A stretch of DNA of 64,000 bases from an uncultured Gammaproteobacteria bacterium (GTDB taxonomy: Bacteria; Patescibacteriota; Patescibacteriia; CAZSQN01). Of this stretch, positions 20,328 through 32,301 are shown one piece after another. The translations under genes and the position numbers were made by a program. Below the pieces are notes generated by a model. It did no database searches. It had not been told where the DNA came from and saw only the letters and a list, made by a program, of their open reading frames with translations. Within the stretch, counting starts at the first letter, position 1, and every line of letters starts with the position of its first letter. The stretch spans positions 12,633 to 76,632 of the forward strand of contig CAZSQN010000002.1 in assembly GCA_964609095.1 (NCBI GenBank), given 5' to 3'.

Positions 20328-20388
20328 TCCGTTAGAAGTAAGAAATCTTGATTTCTGCCGAAAATAACTTTTCGGACTTCTAACAGGA
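20328..20388. repeat. small MITE-like inverted repeat
   Basis: CCGTTAGAAGT ... ACTTCTAACAGG ends enclosing two short hairpins; shorter relative at 28238-28259. Confidence 0.55.
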
Positions 20389-20390
20389 TT

Positions 20391-23039
20391 TTATTTCAAA
20401 ACTTTTTTTAAATATCCTCCCGTATAAGAGTTCGCGTTCCGCGCCACTTCTTCCGGAGTTCCAACGGCCACCACTTCTCCGCCGCGAAGCCCGCCCTCCG
20501 GCCCAAGGTCAATAATGTAATCGCTGCATTTTATAACATCCAGATTGTGTTCAATCACCAGCACGGTGTTTCCGGCTTTAACCAATCTTTCCAAAACTTC
20601 AATTAATTTTTTCACATCGTCGTAATGCAATCCGACGGTCGGCTCGTCCAAAAGATACAACGTTCTGCCCGTGCTTCTCCTCGCGAGCTCGGCGCCAAGC
20701 TTAATCCTTTGCGCCTCTCCGCCGGAGAGAGTGGTCGCGCTCTGCCCCAGCTCCAGATAATCCAGTCCCACCTCGCGCAAAATCTTCAGCCGCTGATAAA
20801 TAAAAGGGATATCGCGGAAAAATTCCGCCGCTTCTTCAACGGTCATTTTCAGCGCGTCATAAATTGTTTTGCCTTTATACGCAATTTCCAATGTTTCGTT
20901 GGCAAATCGTTTCCCTTTGCAAATATCGCATTTCACGTAAACCGTCGGCAAAAAATGCATTTCTATGGCAATAGTCCCGTTTCCTTCGCAGTGCTCGCAG
21001 CGCCCGCCGGCCACATTGAAAGAAAATCTCCCCACCTTCCATCCGCGCATACGCGCCTCAGGAGTGGCGGCAAACAATTCCCGGATATAAGTCCAGGCGC
21101 CGGTATAGGTTGCCGGATTGCTCCGCGGGGTGCGGCCGATGGGCGATTGGTCAATGACTATCACTTTATCAAGAAAGTCCAGCCCGGAAATTGATTTATG
21201 CTTGCCCGCGCGATAACTGGTTCCGTTTATTTTATTGGAGGCGGCGTTAAAAAGCACATCGTTCATCAAGCTGGATTTGCCCGAACCGGAGACACCGGTA
21301 ATAGAGATAAGCCGCCGCAAAGGAATCTCCACGTCAATTTTCTTTAAATTGTTTTCCTCCGCGCCTGTTATCTTAATGCGCTCGCGGGAATGCTTGCGGC
21401 GGCTCTCCGGAACCGGAATTTTTTTCTTGCCCAAAAGATATTGAAGCGTGATCGAGTTAGCCACGTCCTTTTTGGAATCCAACAATTTGGGCATATCGCC
21501 TATCGCCACGATTGATCCGCCGTGCGCGCCGGCGCCGGGACCGATATCCACCAGATAATCCGCCGCCGAAATAGTATCTTCATCATGCTCCACGACGATG
21601 ATTGTGTTCCCTAACCCTCTTAAATGCTCCAATGTTTCAATGAGCCGGGCATTATCTCGCTGGTGCAGACCGATGGTGGGTTCGTCCAGCACGTAGAGAG
21701 CGCCGGTAAGCCGCGAACCAACTTGCGAGGCCAAACGAATTCTCTGCGCTTCGCCGCCGGAGAGCGTGCCGGCGGCGCGATCCAAAGTAAGATAATCCAA
21801 TCCCACATCCAACATGAATTTAAGACGATTTTTTATTTCTCGAATTGCCGGTTCGGCGATTTCAAATTCCGTAGCGGCGAGCTTTTGCTCCAATCCGGAA
21901 ATAAAACCGTGCGCTTCATCAATTGTAAGCGAAACAAGGTCAACGATATTTTTCTCCATAATTTTGACCGACAGCGATTCATCGCGCAAACGAAGTCCGC
22001 GGCACTTGGGGCACGGTTCATCGATAAAAAATGATTCTTTGCCCAAGCCGTGGCAGAGTTCACAAGCGCCATAAGGGCTGTTAAAGGAGAAAAGGCGCGG
22101 CTCAATTTCCGGAAAAGCAAATCCGTCATCGGGACAAGAAAATTTCGCTGACATAATCTGTTCCTCGCCATTTTCATAAACAACTGTTACCGCGCCATTG
22201 CCATGCTTTAAGCCGTTTTCTATTGCTTCAACCAAATGAGTTCTAAACGGCTTATTCCCCTCTATCGGCCAGCCAATCGGAACTTTATCAACCTCAAGCT
22301 CAATGGTATGCGCCTTATAGCGCGAGAGCGTGATGCGCTCGGATAAATTTTTTAATTTGCCGTCAACGCGCACCTGGCTGTAGCCGGAATTATAAAAATC
22401 ATAAAGCATCTGATAATACTCCCCTTTTCTGCCGCGCACGACAGGGGCGAGAACAACAATCGAGTTGAGAGTTGAAAGTTGAGAGTTGAGAGATTTTTTA
22501 GATTTTGTCCGCCGGCTGGCGGATTGAATTTGTTTCGGATTTCGGACCTGCCCCGTACCGAACTTGTTCTGGTGCGGGGTTTCGGATTTCGGATTTTCAT
22601 GAAGAGAAGTTATTCTCTTCACGATCGTCTCCGCCATCTCATCTACTGTCATTTTTCTAATCGGCTTGCCGCAGCGGACGCAATGAGGCCGCCCGACGCG
22701 GGCGAAAAGCACGCGCAAATAATCGTAAATCTCCGTGATTGTGGCCACGGTTGAACGCGGATTGGACGAATGCGCCTTTTGGTCTATGGAAATCGCCGGC
22801 GATAATCCTTCTATCTCGTCAACATCCGGCTTATCCATTCCGCCCAAAAATTGGCGGGCATAGGCGGAGAGCGACTCCACATATCTTCTCTGCCCTTCGG
22901 CAAAAATGGTGTCAAACGCCAAGCTGGACTTGCCGCTTCCGGATAGCCCCGTGAAAACTATAAGTTTATTTCTTGGCAGCTCAAGCGATATGTTCTTTAA
23001 ATTGTGTTCGCGGGCTCCTTTGATGATTATTTTGTCCAT
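20391..23039 (-). CDS. uvrA: excinuclease ABC subunit A
   Basis: [40 protein letters not shown]; start MDKII. Confidence 0.97.
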   Translation of the reverse strand: MDKIIIKGAREHNLKNISLELPRNKLIVFTGLSGSGKSSLAFDTIFAEGQRRYVESLSAYARQFLGGMDKPDVDEIEGLSPAISIDQKAHSSNPRSTVATITEIYDYLRVLFARVGRPHCVRCGKPIRKMTVDEMAETIVKRITSLHENPKSETPHQNKFGTGQVRNPKQIQSASRRTKSKKSLNSQLSTLNSIVVLAPVVRGRKGEYYQMLYDFYNSGYSQVRVDGKLKNLSERITLSRYKAHTIELEVDKVPIGWPIEGNKPFRTHLVEAIENGLKHGNGAVTVVYENGEEQIMSAKFSCPDDGFAFPEIEPRLFSFNSPYGACELCHGLGKESFFIDEPCPKCRGLRLRDESLSVKIMEKNIVDLVSLTIDEAHGFISGLEQKLAATEFEIAEPAIREIKNRLKFMLDVGLDYLTLDRAAGTLSGGEAQRIRLASQVGSRLTGALYVLDEPTIGLHQRDNARLIETLEHLRGLGNTIIVVEHDEDTISAADYLVDIGPGAGAHGGSIVAIGDMPKLLDSKKDVANSITLQYLLGKKKIPVPESRRKHSRERIKITGAEENNLKKIDVEIPLRRLISITGVSGSGKSSLMNDVLFNAASNKINGTSYRAGKHKSISGLDFLDKVIVIDQSPIGRTPRSNPATYTGAWTYIRELFAATPEARMRGWKVGRFSFNVAGGRCEHCEGNGTIAIEMHFLPTVYVKCDICKGKRFANETLEIAYKGKTIYDALKMTVEEAAEFFRDIPFIYQRLKILREVGLDYLELGQSATTLSGGEAQRIKLGAELARRSTGRTLYLLDEPTVGLHYDDVKKLIEVLERLVKAGNTVLVIEHNLDVIKCSDYIIDLGPEGGLRGGEVVAVGTPEEVARNANSYTGGYLKKVLK

Positions 23040-23054
23040 AAAAATTTTAAACTC

Positions 23055-23181
23055 AAAATCCGAAGCCCGAAATCCGAAACAAATCCCAATGACCAAAATT
23101 CAAAGGTTCAAAACGTTTTGAAAATTTGAGAATTATGATTTTAAGCATTGTTTCGAGTTTCGAATTTAGATATTCGGATTT
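23055..23181. repeat. AAATCCG/CGGATTT heptamer-periodic inverted repeat
   Basis: AAATCCGAAGCCCGAAATCCGAAACAAAT ... TTGTTTCGAGTTTCGAATTTAGATATTCGGATTT fills the uvrB-uvrA gap. Confidence 0.75.
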
Positions 23182-23184
23182 ATA

Positions 23185-25182
<1,998 letters not shown>

Positions 25183-25186
25183 AAAA

Positions 25187-25266
25187 AATACGAATTTACG
25201 AATATGATACGAATCCGCGAATATGCGAATTCGCGCGATTCGCACCAATCTGTAGAGATTCGTATT
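25187..25266. repeat. (G/A)CGAAT/ATTCG periodic inverted repeat
   Basis: Same unit as 6199-6296 and GxxExxY flanks, including CGCGAATATGCGAAT. Confidence 0.65.
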
Positions 25267-25396
25267 GCTTTTGCGCAAAAACCAAAAATCGCCCACAAGC
25301 AGCGCCTATAGGCAGAGCTGGGGCAAGTATTGAGTTGTAGCCACCACAATACCACAAATAAAAAACCCTGCCAAGAAGGCAAGGTCGAATCGCTTA

Positions 25397-25945
25397 CTAT
25401 TCTTCCTGTTGCACAGGAACGGCAAGGAATCTGTATTCCAAAGGAAATTCTTCCGTAAGGTCCCAAAGCTCAATAGCTCTTTCACCGCCGTGTCTGCTTA
25501 AAACCATGACATACGGATAGTTTCTCAGGTCCCGCCAATAAGTGCCCATGGCCACAATAGAAAGTTCCCTTAGGAGATACGGAGAGTGGTTGACAAAATT
25601 GAGAGTTTCCAGAGCAGTTGCCGGACGCAAACCAAGAAATCGCATCTCGTATTCCACTCGTTCTGCAGTAATCAAATTATCGCTTTCGTCACCAAAATGC
25701 ATAAGAATTACCTGATGTAGATCTTGCCTGCCTGTGGAAGGAGCTTGCACCACATCTTGGGAAGCGGTCATACGGATTCTATTATCAACCCTGCCATACA
25801 CAAGATTCTGAATCCGTTGGGAATAATTAACTTCCACATAAGCAAAAGTAGTGTAGTCTGCAGTGGTCCGAAGAGCGGTTCCGCCGCAAGAAACAATAGA
25901 AAAAGAAAACAGCAGCATCGCAAAAAAGAGTCTGAATTTGCTCAT
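25397..25945 (-). CDS. putative lipoprotein with C-type-lectin-like C-terminal domain
   Basis: Lipobox IVSC; GLRPAT..E, YPYV, terminal RFLAV; paralogue of 27148..27666; fold inferred. Confidence 0.65.
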   Translation of the reverse strand: MSKFRLFFAMLLFSFSIVSCGGTALRTTADYTTFAYVEVNYSQRIQNLVYGRVDNRIRMTASQDVVQAPSTGRQDLHQVILMHFGDESDNLITAERVEYEMRFLGLRPATALETLNFVNHSPYLLRELSIVAMGTYWRDLRNYPYVMVLSRHGGERAIELWDLTEEFPLEYRFLAVPVQQEE

Positions 25946-26037
25946 TTTGCTTCTCCTTTGTTTAAAGGCCTGCAAAATTTATATCAAAACTTAATAAAAT
26001 AGTCAATTAAAAAAGGTATACTAAAAAGTTGATTTCC

Positions 26038-26124
26038 TATATAACGCACTATAGTGCGTTATATAAGCAGGTCGGTTTTTTAGTTATATTTTTAAGAAAT
26101 AAAAACCCCGAGTTTATTCGGGGT
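26038..26124. repeat. ~90-bp direct repeat: long palindrome + terminator (copy 1)
   Basis: 28-bp perfect palindrome TATATAACGCACTATAGTGCGTTATATA then ACCCCGA..TCGGGGT hairpin. Confidence 0.9.
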
Positions 26125-26142
26125 TGCGTTCCAAAGAACTAA

Positions 26143-26886
26143 CTAACGATGTCTTGCGGAAAGAGCGTATGAACCGAAATTTCTGTACTCATGATGCTGA
26201 TAACCGCAAAAAACAACATAAGTACCCGAGGATGAAAATGTATATTCTAACGAGATATAGGAACTATCCACAAACGAAGTATAAGCTAACCTTTGGTGAT
26301 TTTCTCTAAAGAGAGAAATATGCGGATAGAGGATCGAGCCCACGGTTGCCTGCATGCGAAAAACAACTCGTTCGCCTGCTTGCGCGTGAAACAAATACGA
26401 TTCCCCGTCTCCTCCGACAAGTCGTCCATAAATCACTTGATTCAAGGGAAGGACGGGCACGACCGGCGCTTTAGTCAAATCACGGCCTTCGGCCGACACA
26501 ACGGGTCGTGCTTGCGTCTCGACCAAACGCGAGGCCTCAAACTCTTCCCGCGCCTCACGGACGCCTTCGCGGTAGGCGGACATGACAATCTTTTCCTTGA
26601 GATAGACGGCTGATTGCCGGTCATGGGCAAGTCGAGGATTTCGGCTGATTTGCGCCACAACTTCGCGCGCAAAATCTTGCGAGTTTGGACCGCTGAAAAA
26701 CAACGGAGCGAAAAATGCGGCGCTTACCGAACCTACGACCAGAGAAATAAAAATTGTAAAGCCGAAACCATACTTCAGTGTTCCTCTGGCTTCTGCGTAC
26801 TTGGCAGCCAGATCAGCGCTATCCTTCTTCAGCTTTTCGTTTTCATCCACCAATTCCTGAATTCGCCCGTCTTCTCTGAAGACCAT
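26143..26886 (-). CDS. membrane-anchored PPC-like domain protein (third paralogue)
   Basis: ENEKL coiled coil, TM, FHAQAGERVVFRM...GSYALSA; SD GGAGG. Confidence 0.7.
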   Translation of the reverse strand: MVFREDGRIQELVDENEKLKKDSADLAAKYAEARGTLKYGFGFTIFISLVVGSVSAAFFAPLFFSGPNSQDFAREVVAQISRNPRLAHDRQSAVYLKEKIVMSAYREGVREAREEFEASRLVETQARPVVSAEGRDLTKAPVVPVLPLNQVIYGRLVGGDGESYLFHAQAGERVVFRMQATVGSILYPHISLFRENHQRLAYTSFVDSSYISLEYTFSSSGTYVVFCGYQHHEYRNFGSYALSARHR

Positions 26887-26974
26887 AACTTCCTCCTTTG
26901 GTTGTTGAGTATTGGAAAAGAGCATCAAGACCGTATCATAAATTATGTATTTTTGTCAATACTATTCGCTCATA

Positions 26975-27003
26975 CTATTCGCTCATTCGCGCGAATTAGA
27001 GCA
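26975..27003. repeat. ~30-bp palindromic site (dif-like family), isolated copy
   Basis: CTATTCgctCATTCGCGCGAATTAGAGCA. Confidence 0.75.
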
Positions 27004-27046
27004 AGTGCGGACTTTTATTCGTAGCACAATTAACCAAAAAGTTCAT

Positions 27047-27142
27047 TGCTTATATAACGCACTATAGTGCGTTATATAAGCAGGTCGGTTTTTTAGTTAC
27101 TTTATATTTTTAAGAAATAAAAACCCCGATTTTATTCGGGGT
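27047..27142. repeat. ~90-bp direct repeat: long palindrome + terminator (copy 2)
   Basis: 36-bp perfect palindrome 27047-27082. Confidence 0.9.
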
Positions 27143-27147
27143 CTTTT

Positions 27148-27666
27148 CTAATTTGCTTGATTGTCGGAAACTTTAATGGAAAGGAACCGCGCGTCAGACG
27201 GCAGCTTGTCCCAGGCAAACCACAGCCCAAGCCCCAAGCCGCCGGATGAACGGTAAACATAAGGCACGTAAGGATAGAATGTTCTGTTTTTCCAAACGGT
27301 TCCCACGGCGAATATCGGACTTTGAAAATTGCCGCGAAGATTTTCTCTGGAGTAAGCCAGAAGCTCATCCATATTCGCCGGACGGAATCCTCTCCGCCGC
27401 GTAAAATCAATGACGCTGTCTCTGTCCGCGGCGTCGGGAAATCGCAAAAGCGAGTATTCGGCAATCTGCGGCAAATCACTCCGCTGCCATCCTAAAATAT
27501 CGTAATCTTCCAGACCGTTGGGCAAATCGGAAAACAGCCCGTTTTGCATTTCTTCTCTTGCTTCGCGGGAATAGTCTACGGCAAGATGCTGTTGCGGCGC
27601 GATCTTTTCTTCGCTCCGGCCGCAAGATGCGCTCAAGACAAAAACCAACACCAGCTTTTTCATCAT
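27148..27666 (-). CDS. putative lipoprotein with C-type-lectin-like C-terminal domain
   Basis: Lipobox SASC; GFRPAN..E, YPYV, terminal RFLSI; fold inferred. Confidence 0.65.
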   Translation of the reverse strand: MMKKLVLVFVLSASCGRSEEKIAPQQHLAVDYSREAREEMQNGLFSDLPNGLEDYDILGWQRSDLPQIAEYSLLRFPDAADRDSVIDFTRRRGFRPANMDELLAYSRENLRGNFQSPIFAVGTVWKNRTFYPYVPYVYRSSGGLGLGLWFAWDKLPSDARFLSIKVSDNQAN

Positions 27667-28167
27667 TTAACTTCCCTTCTTCCATTTTTCATCAACAGAT
27701 CGACCGAGAAGTTCCTCAACAAAAGGCCAGTTCACGCCTCCCTGCCGAGGGGCATAAGGTTGGTACTGAACGGAAGTTTCGTCTGCCCGCAAATCAGTTA
27801 ACGCATTGCCGCGATAAAGAGGCGTTTCTCTTTCAAACTCTTGCCGAAGCGCGATGATTTCCGAAGTCAGTTTTTCCCGCTCAGCAAGCAGCTTTTCCAG
27901 CCGAACGCGGCGAGGATCAATTACTTCCGAGGGTTCTGCCTGTTTGCCTGAAACCTCAAAACCCTTAGTCATCACTTTATGCAGCGACGCACCAAACTCC
28001 AAAACATAAGCCCCGAGAAGCACAATCGCAAATGCGGGCCAAAAAAGACCAATTAAGAAATTTAACCCAATATTGTCTTTTGCACCTTCGGCAATATTAA
28101 GGCCCGCAGAATATAACATGCAAACGAGAGCTATTAATGCATACGAGCATAGAAACACCGTCAGCAT
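27667..28167 (-). CDS. 2-TM membrane protein with coiled coil
   Basis: SD GGAGG, hydrophobic N-terminus. Confidence 0.65.
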   Translation of the reverse strand: MLTVFLCSYALIALVCMLYSAGLNIAEGAKDNIGLNFLIGLFWPAFAIVLLGAYVLEFGASLHKVMTKGFEVSGKQAEPSEVIDPRRVRLEKLLAEREKLTSEIIALRQEFERETPLYRGNALTDLRADETSVQYQPYAPRQGGVNWPFVEELLGRSVDEKWKKGS

Positions 28168-28317
28168 CTAACTACCTCCTTTTGTGAAAGAACGCGCTTA
28201 TAGTATACCTAAAAACCAAAAAAGTCAACTGTATGTATTAGAAAAGATGTTCTAACGGGATTGACTTTGATTAATTTCCAAGTTAAAATTTTATTGCATT
28301 CCTTGAAAGGAGAAAAA

Positions 28318-29289
28318 ATGACGATTGACGTGAGCAGACAACCCAATCTAAAATATGCGTTCTTAGAACGTTGGGATGTAGACGGACACGAAGTGGCAAT
28401 GATGCTGATAGAGGGTCCAAACGACATCAAAAACAGGCACTTGCTTTGCGAGTGCGATTTTCCGGAGGACCCAAACAAGCCAATAGTTTTTGGCGGTCCC
28501 GGCGACCCGCACTCTTGTCCGGCTAAAAAGCATATTCGCGCGAAAGCGATGGTCCAAGCGTGCGATCGCTACAGACCCATTTGGAACAAAATGGTTACCA
28601 AAGATGCCGTCTTGGATATTTTTAACAGGATTAGAGGCGGCGAATATCTTGGCGAACACACGCCCGGGATTGTATATACGCAAGAAGTATCAATGCTTCT
28701 CTGTTTGGGACAAGAATCCGTAAGGAATGCTTGCGATGCGCTCTATGCCGAAGAAAAATTAGAGTTAAACGGCGCCATACTTTGCGAATTTGTTCCAAGA
28801 TTCAGGTTTCCGCTGGAGATGGAGCAGACCATCGCCTATGTGGTGGAAGAGCCGCTGGGCTGGCCAAATGGAGACGCGGGAATGTTCGCGCTTGCCGAAA
28901 TTGAAGGCGAAATAGAAGAACGAACCGGGTGCAAGAGCGGCAAAGCCGGCTTTGGCAAACACTTTCCGCGTATTGAAAGAAAAATCCTTCTGCCCGCTTT
29001 TGGCTGGCTTGCTTCAGAGCTTAATGCCGCGGCCAAAAGCAAACGAAAAAGAAGCCGGCTTCGCGCCTTATCCGCTGATGAAATCACTAAGGACTTCAAG
29101 TGGTTTCCGCTAAAGTATCCGGAAATTAAAGTTGAGTTCTACGCGGAATTTGTAAAAGCTCTTTTAAAAACAGTTTTTCAAAACATCCCGCTGGAGCGAT
29201 CAATGAACAAAAAATCGAGCGAGGCGAAGATACTGCGCTATTGGGCAGATTTCTTCTCTCGCCATACAAAGAGTTTCAAAAAGATGTAA
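28318..29289 (+). CDS. hypothetical protein
   Basis: Long ORF, SD AAGGAG, TTGACT-17-TAAAAT promoter, terminator at 29288-29313. Confidence 0.7.
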   Translation: MTIDVSRQPNLKYAFLERWDVDGHEVAMMLIEGPNDIKNRHLLCECDFPEDPNKPIVFGGPGDPHSCPAKKHIRAKAMVQACDRYRPIWNKMVTKDAVLDIFNRIRGGEYLGEHTPGIVYTQEVSMLLCLGQESVRNACDALYAEEKLELNGAILCEFVPRFRFPLEMEQTIAYVVEEPLGWPNGDAGMFALAEIEGEIEERTGCKSGKAGFGKHFPRIERKILLPAFGWLASELNAAAKSKRKRSRLRALSADEITKDFKWFPLKYPEIKVEFYAEFVKALLKTVFQNIPLERSMNKKSSEAKILRYWADFFSRHTKSFKKM

Positions 29290-29346
29290 CCCTGCTGCAA
29301 AGCAGGGTTTTTTGCTGACGCGTGTCAGCATCCCGCTATCTTTGCG

Positions 29347-29820
29347 CTATTTAAATGGATAGCGGGATATTATTTTCACAACCGCTTTCGGCGCCATGTT
29401 TTGCCACGGTTTCCCGGCGCGCATAGCGGCGCGGATTTTGGTCGCGGAAATCTTCCTACCCTTTTCTTTTATTTTTAAAAACTTCACGCCGGTATCTTTT
29501 AGACATCGCGCCACCCAAGGATTTCCCGTTATGACCATATCGGGATTTTTCGTCAGTTCAAGAAATTTCTTTGTCCAAAGTTTATCGCCTTTTGTGTCAG
29601 GCATAGCAACAATACGGACATTTTTTATCCGCGCGTCTTTTAGCGCGGCGCGAATCATCTTCTTGCGCAAATTTGCCGGAAACGGATTTTCTCCGCTTTT
29701 CCTGTTGGTGCTTCCGATTAAAATGATGAGCCGATACTTGCGGCTCATTTTTTTAACAACGGCAAGATGCCCTTTATGAAAGGGCTGAAAGCGACCGATG
29801 AAAACCGCTCTCATCTTCAT
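29347..29820 (-). CDS. nicotinamide-nucleotide adenylyltransferase-like (HxGH nucleotidyltransferase)
   Basis: GRFQPFHKGH, ENPF, ISATKIR. Confidence 0.88.
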   Translation of the reverse strand: MKMRAVFIGRFQPFHKGHLAVVKKMSRKYRLIILIGSTNRKSGENPFPANLRKKMIRAALKDARIKNVRIVAMPDTKGDKLWTKKFLELTKNPDMVITGNPWVARCLKDTGVKFLKIKEKGRKISATKIRAAMRAGKPWQNMAPKAVVKIISRYPFK

Positions 29821-30047
29821 GTCTCTTGCCCCAACTCCGCCTCGTAATCTCCCCATCTTGCCTGCAAGGCCTCGCGCATGGCGATTAAATCATCATCATT
29901 ATCTATCTCCTGCAAGCGCGCGTGGTCATCCAGCACCTGCTCCACCAGTTCGTTCCACGCTTCTTGCGAAGTTGCCCCTTCATCGCGAGCTTTAGTTATT
30001 ACCTCCTCCAGAAGTCCGGCTTCGTCATAGCCAAAAAGTTCTACCAT
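29817..30047 (-). CDS. small acidic hypothetical protein
   Basis: ATGA overlap with downstream gene. Confidence 0.6.
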   Translation of the reverse strand: MVELFGYDEAGLLEEVITKARDEGATSQEAWNELVEQVLDDHARLQEIDNDDDLIAMREALQARWGDYEAELGQET

Positions 30048-30120
30048 ATGTTTAAGATTAAAAAATTAGAAAATAGAAGTTAAAAACATTTTAACAAAAA
30101 ACCTTGCCGCAAGACAAGGT

Positions 30121-31896
30121 TTAGGCAAGAAGAGCTTTGAGCTCTTCGCTTTCAATCGTTTCTTTTTCACAAAGAACTTCTGCCAAGGCATGCAGTTTGG
30201 AAATGCGTTCTTTAAGCAGTTCATTGACGCGCCCTCTTGAGGCGCTGATTATCTTTTCAACTTGCTCATCAATTACCTGCGAAGTCGCTTCGCTGTAATT
30301 TTTTCCGGCGCCTAAATCCTGGCCAAAAAAAGTCATCTCGCTCTCGTTGCCAAAAACGCGCTCTCCCAAATCGCTCATTCCGTACTTCATCACCATGTCT
30401 CTGGCGATTTTTGTCGCTTTTTCAAGATCGTTGGAAGCGCCGGTAAAGATGGATTTGATAACCATCTCTTCCGCCGCCCGGCCGCCAAAACAAACATCAA
30501 TTTCCGCGCGCAAACGCTCTTCGGACTTCAAATGCAGATCGTTTTCCGGAAACATCATGGTAACGCCGAGCGCCAGTCCGCGCGGCACAATGGTCACATG
30601 ACGCACAGGGTCGGCCTCAGCCGTGTAATGCGCGACAATCGCGTGCCCGGCTTCATGATAAGCGACAACGCGCTTCTCTTCCGGAGAAAATTTCACGCTA
30701 AGACGCGCCGGACCCATCAACACTCGGTCGCGCGCGGCGGAAAAATCACTTTCATCAGCGGCGTCTTTTTGCGCTCTAGCCGCGCCCAAAGCCGCTTCGT
30801 TCACCGTATTCTCAATATCCGCTCCGCTCATTCCAAAAGGCAGCCCCTTGGCCACGCGAGAGAGATCAACGGACGGCGCCAGCGCGATCTTTTTGGCATG
30901 AACGCGCAAAATAGCTTCGCGCGCCCTTGAATCAGGTATGGTGACAACCACATGCCTGTCAAATCTGCCGGGACGAAGCAAGGCAGTATCAAGCACATCC
31001 GGCCTGTTGGTCGCGGCCAAAATAACAATTCCCGGCCATTTAAGGAAACCGTCCATTTCTTTAAGCAGCTGGTTTAAGGTCTGCTCGCGCTCATCATTGC
31101 CCTGGCCAAGCCCGGCTCCGCGAGCTCTGCCGACCGCGTCTATTTCGTCAATAAAGACAATGCAAGGAGAGGCCTTGCGCGCGTGTTCAAAAAGCTCGCG
31201 CACTCTGGCCGCGCCGACTCCAACAAACATTTCCACGAATTCCGACCCGGATATCTGAAAAAATGAAACACCCGCTTCCCCGGCTGTAGCGCGGGCAAGA
31301 AGCGTTTTCCCGGTTCCCGGAGAGCCGATAAGAAGAACGCCCTTGGGCGCCCGCGCGCCAAGTTTTCCGTAGCGCTCCGGCGACTTCAGATAATTTACCG
31401 TTTCCAGCAAATCCGCCTTGGCTTCATCAGCTCCGGCCACATCGGCAAAAGTGGTTTTATTATCGCCAGGCCTTACCTGCCGGCTGCCGAGCTTGGCAAA
31501 ACTTGTCGCGGTTCCCTTGATGCCTTCGGCCATTCTCTTCACTCCCCAAAACAGCAAAAGAATGAACACGAGAGGAATAATGAGCGGGGCAACAATGGCA
31601 ACCCATCCGGCGCTTGGCTCTTGAACAACGGTTTTGACCCGTTTTTGCCGAAGCAATTTCAGATATTCAATTTCGCCCGGCGGCAAAACCGTTTCACGGA
31701 TTGTCTGATTTTTGGTCAACAATTTTATGGCATTGCCTTCAATTGTGACCTCAACCGCGTTTCCGGCCTCTACTTCATCCAAAAATTCGTCCCAGGAAAT
31801 CGTCCGGTTTTTACCGGACTTATTAACCAGCTGGGCAAGCAGCATTAACGCCGTGGCCAGAATAAACAAAATCAGGACTGTTTTGCCTTTTATCAT
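30121..31896 (-). CDS. ftsH: ATP-dependent zinc metalloprotease FtsH
   Basis: 2 [31 protein letters not shown]. Confidence 0.95.
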   Translation of the reverse strand: MIKGKTVLILFILATALMLLAQLVNKSGKNRTISWDEFLDEVEAGNAVEVTIEGNAIKLLTKNQTIRETVLPPGEIEYLKLLRQKRVKTVVQEPSAGWVAIVAPLIIPLVFILLLFWGVKRMAEGIKGTATSFAKLGSRQVRPGDNKTTFADVAGADEAKADLLETVNYLKSPERYGKLGARAPKGVLLIGSPGTGKTLLARATAGEAGVSFFQISGSEFVEMFVGVGAARVRELFEHARKASPCIVFIDEIDAVGRARGAGLGQGNDEREQTLNQLLKEMDGFLKWPGIVILAATNRPDVLDTALLRPGRFDRHVVVTIPDSRAREAILRVHAKKIALAPSVDLSRVAKGLPFGMSGADIENTVNEAALGAARAQKDAADESDFSAARDRVLMGPARLSVKFSPEEKRVVAYHEAGHAIVAHYTAEADPVRHVTIVPRGLALGVTMMFPENDLHLKSEERLRAEIDVCFGGRAAEEMVIKSIFTGASNDLEKATKIARDMVMKYGMSDLGERVFGNESEMTFFGQDLGAGKNYSEATSQVIDEQVEKIISASRGRVNELLKERISKLHALAEVLCEKETIESEELKALLA

Positions 31897-31959
31897 GGCT
31901 CCCTTTCTCTTTTTCAAAGAACCCGCGTTTACCTTACGAATTTTTGCTCATTGTGTCAA

Positions 31960-31999
31960 CCACGCACATAACTTTTACACTAAAAAATTATGTGCGGTG
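31960..31999. mobile_element. MITE-like element (CCCCGCACATAA TIR family)
   Basis: CCACGCACATAA...TTATGTGCGGTG flanked by TCAA on both sides. Confidence 0.6.
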
Positions 32000-32061
32000 T
32001 CAAATAAAAAACCCTTGCTCTTTTTAGGAACAAGGGATTTGCGGGAAAAAACTTTGGAGAT

Positions 32062-32286
32062 TTATCTGTCCAGAAAATGATTGTCCACGCGCCAAACCAA
32101 ATAGGCGAAAAAGAACATGACTCCCGAATAGAGGAAAGTAGCCCACGAATCCGGGCCAAGACGGCTCGTCCCAAACGCGAAAATCGCCAAGTTGGAAATT
32201 CCCAGCAAAATAAGAATAACCATGGTCGCTTTCGTTCCAAGCGCCATTTTGCGCTTTTCCATCTTTGCCTCCTTGAGGTTTTTCAA
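32062..32286 (-). CDS. small 2-TM membrane protein
   Basis: Two hydrophobic segments; SD GGAGG before internal ATG. Confidence 0.55.
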   Translation of the reverse strand: MKNLKEAKMEKRKMALGTKATMVILILLGISNLAIFAFGTSRLGPDSWATFLYSGVMFFFAYLVWRVDNHFLDR

Positions 32287-32301
32287 ACCGTTAAACGCTT
32301 C

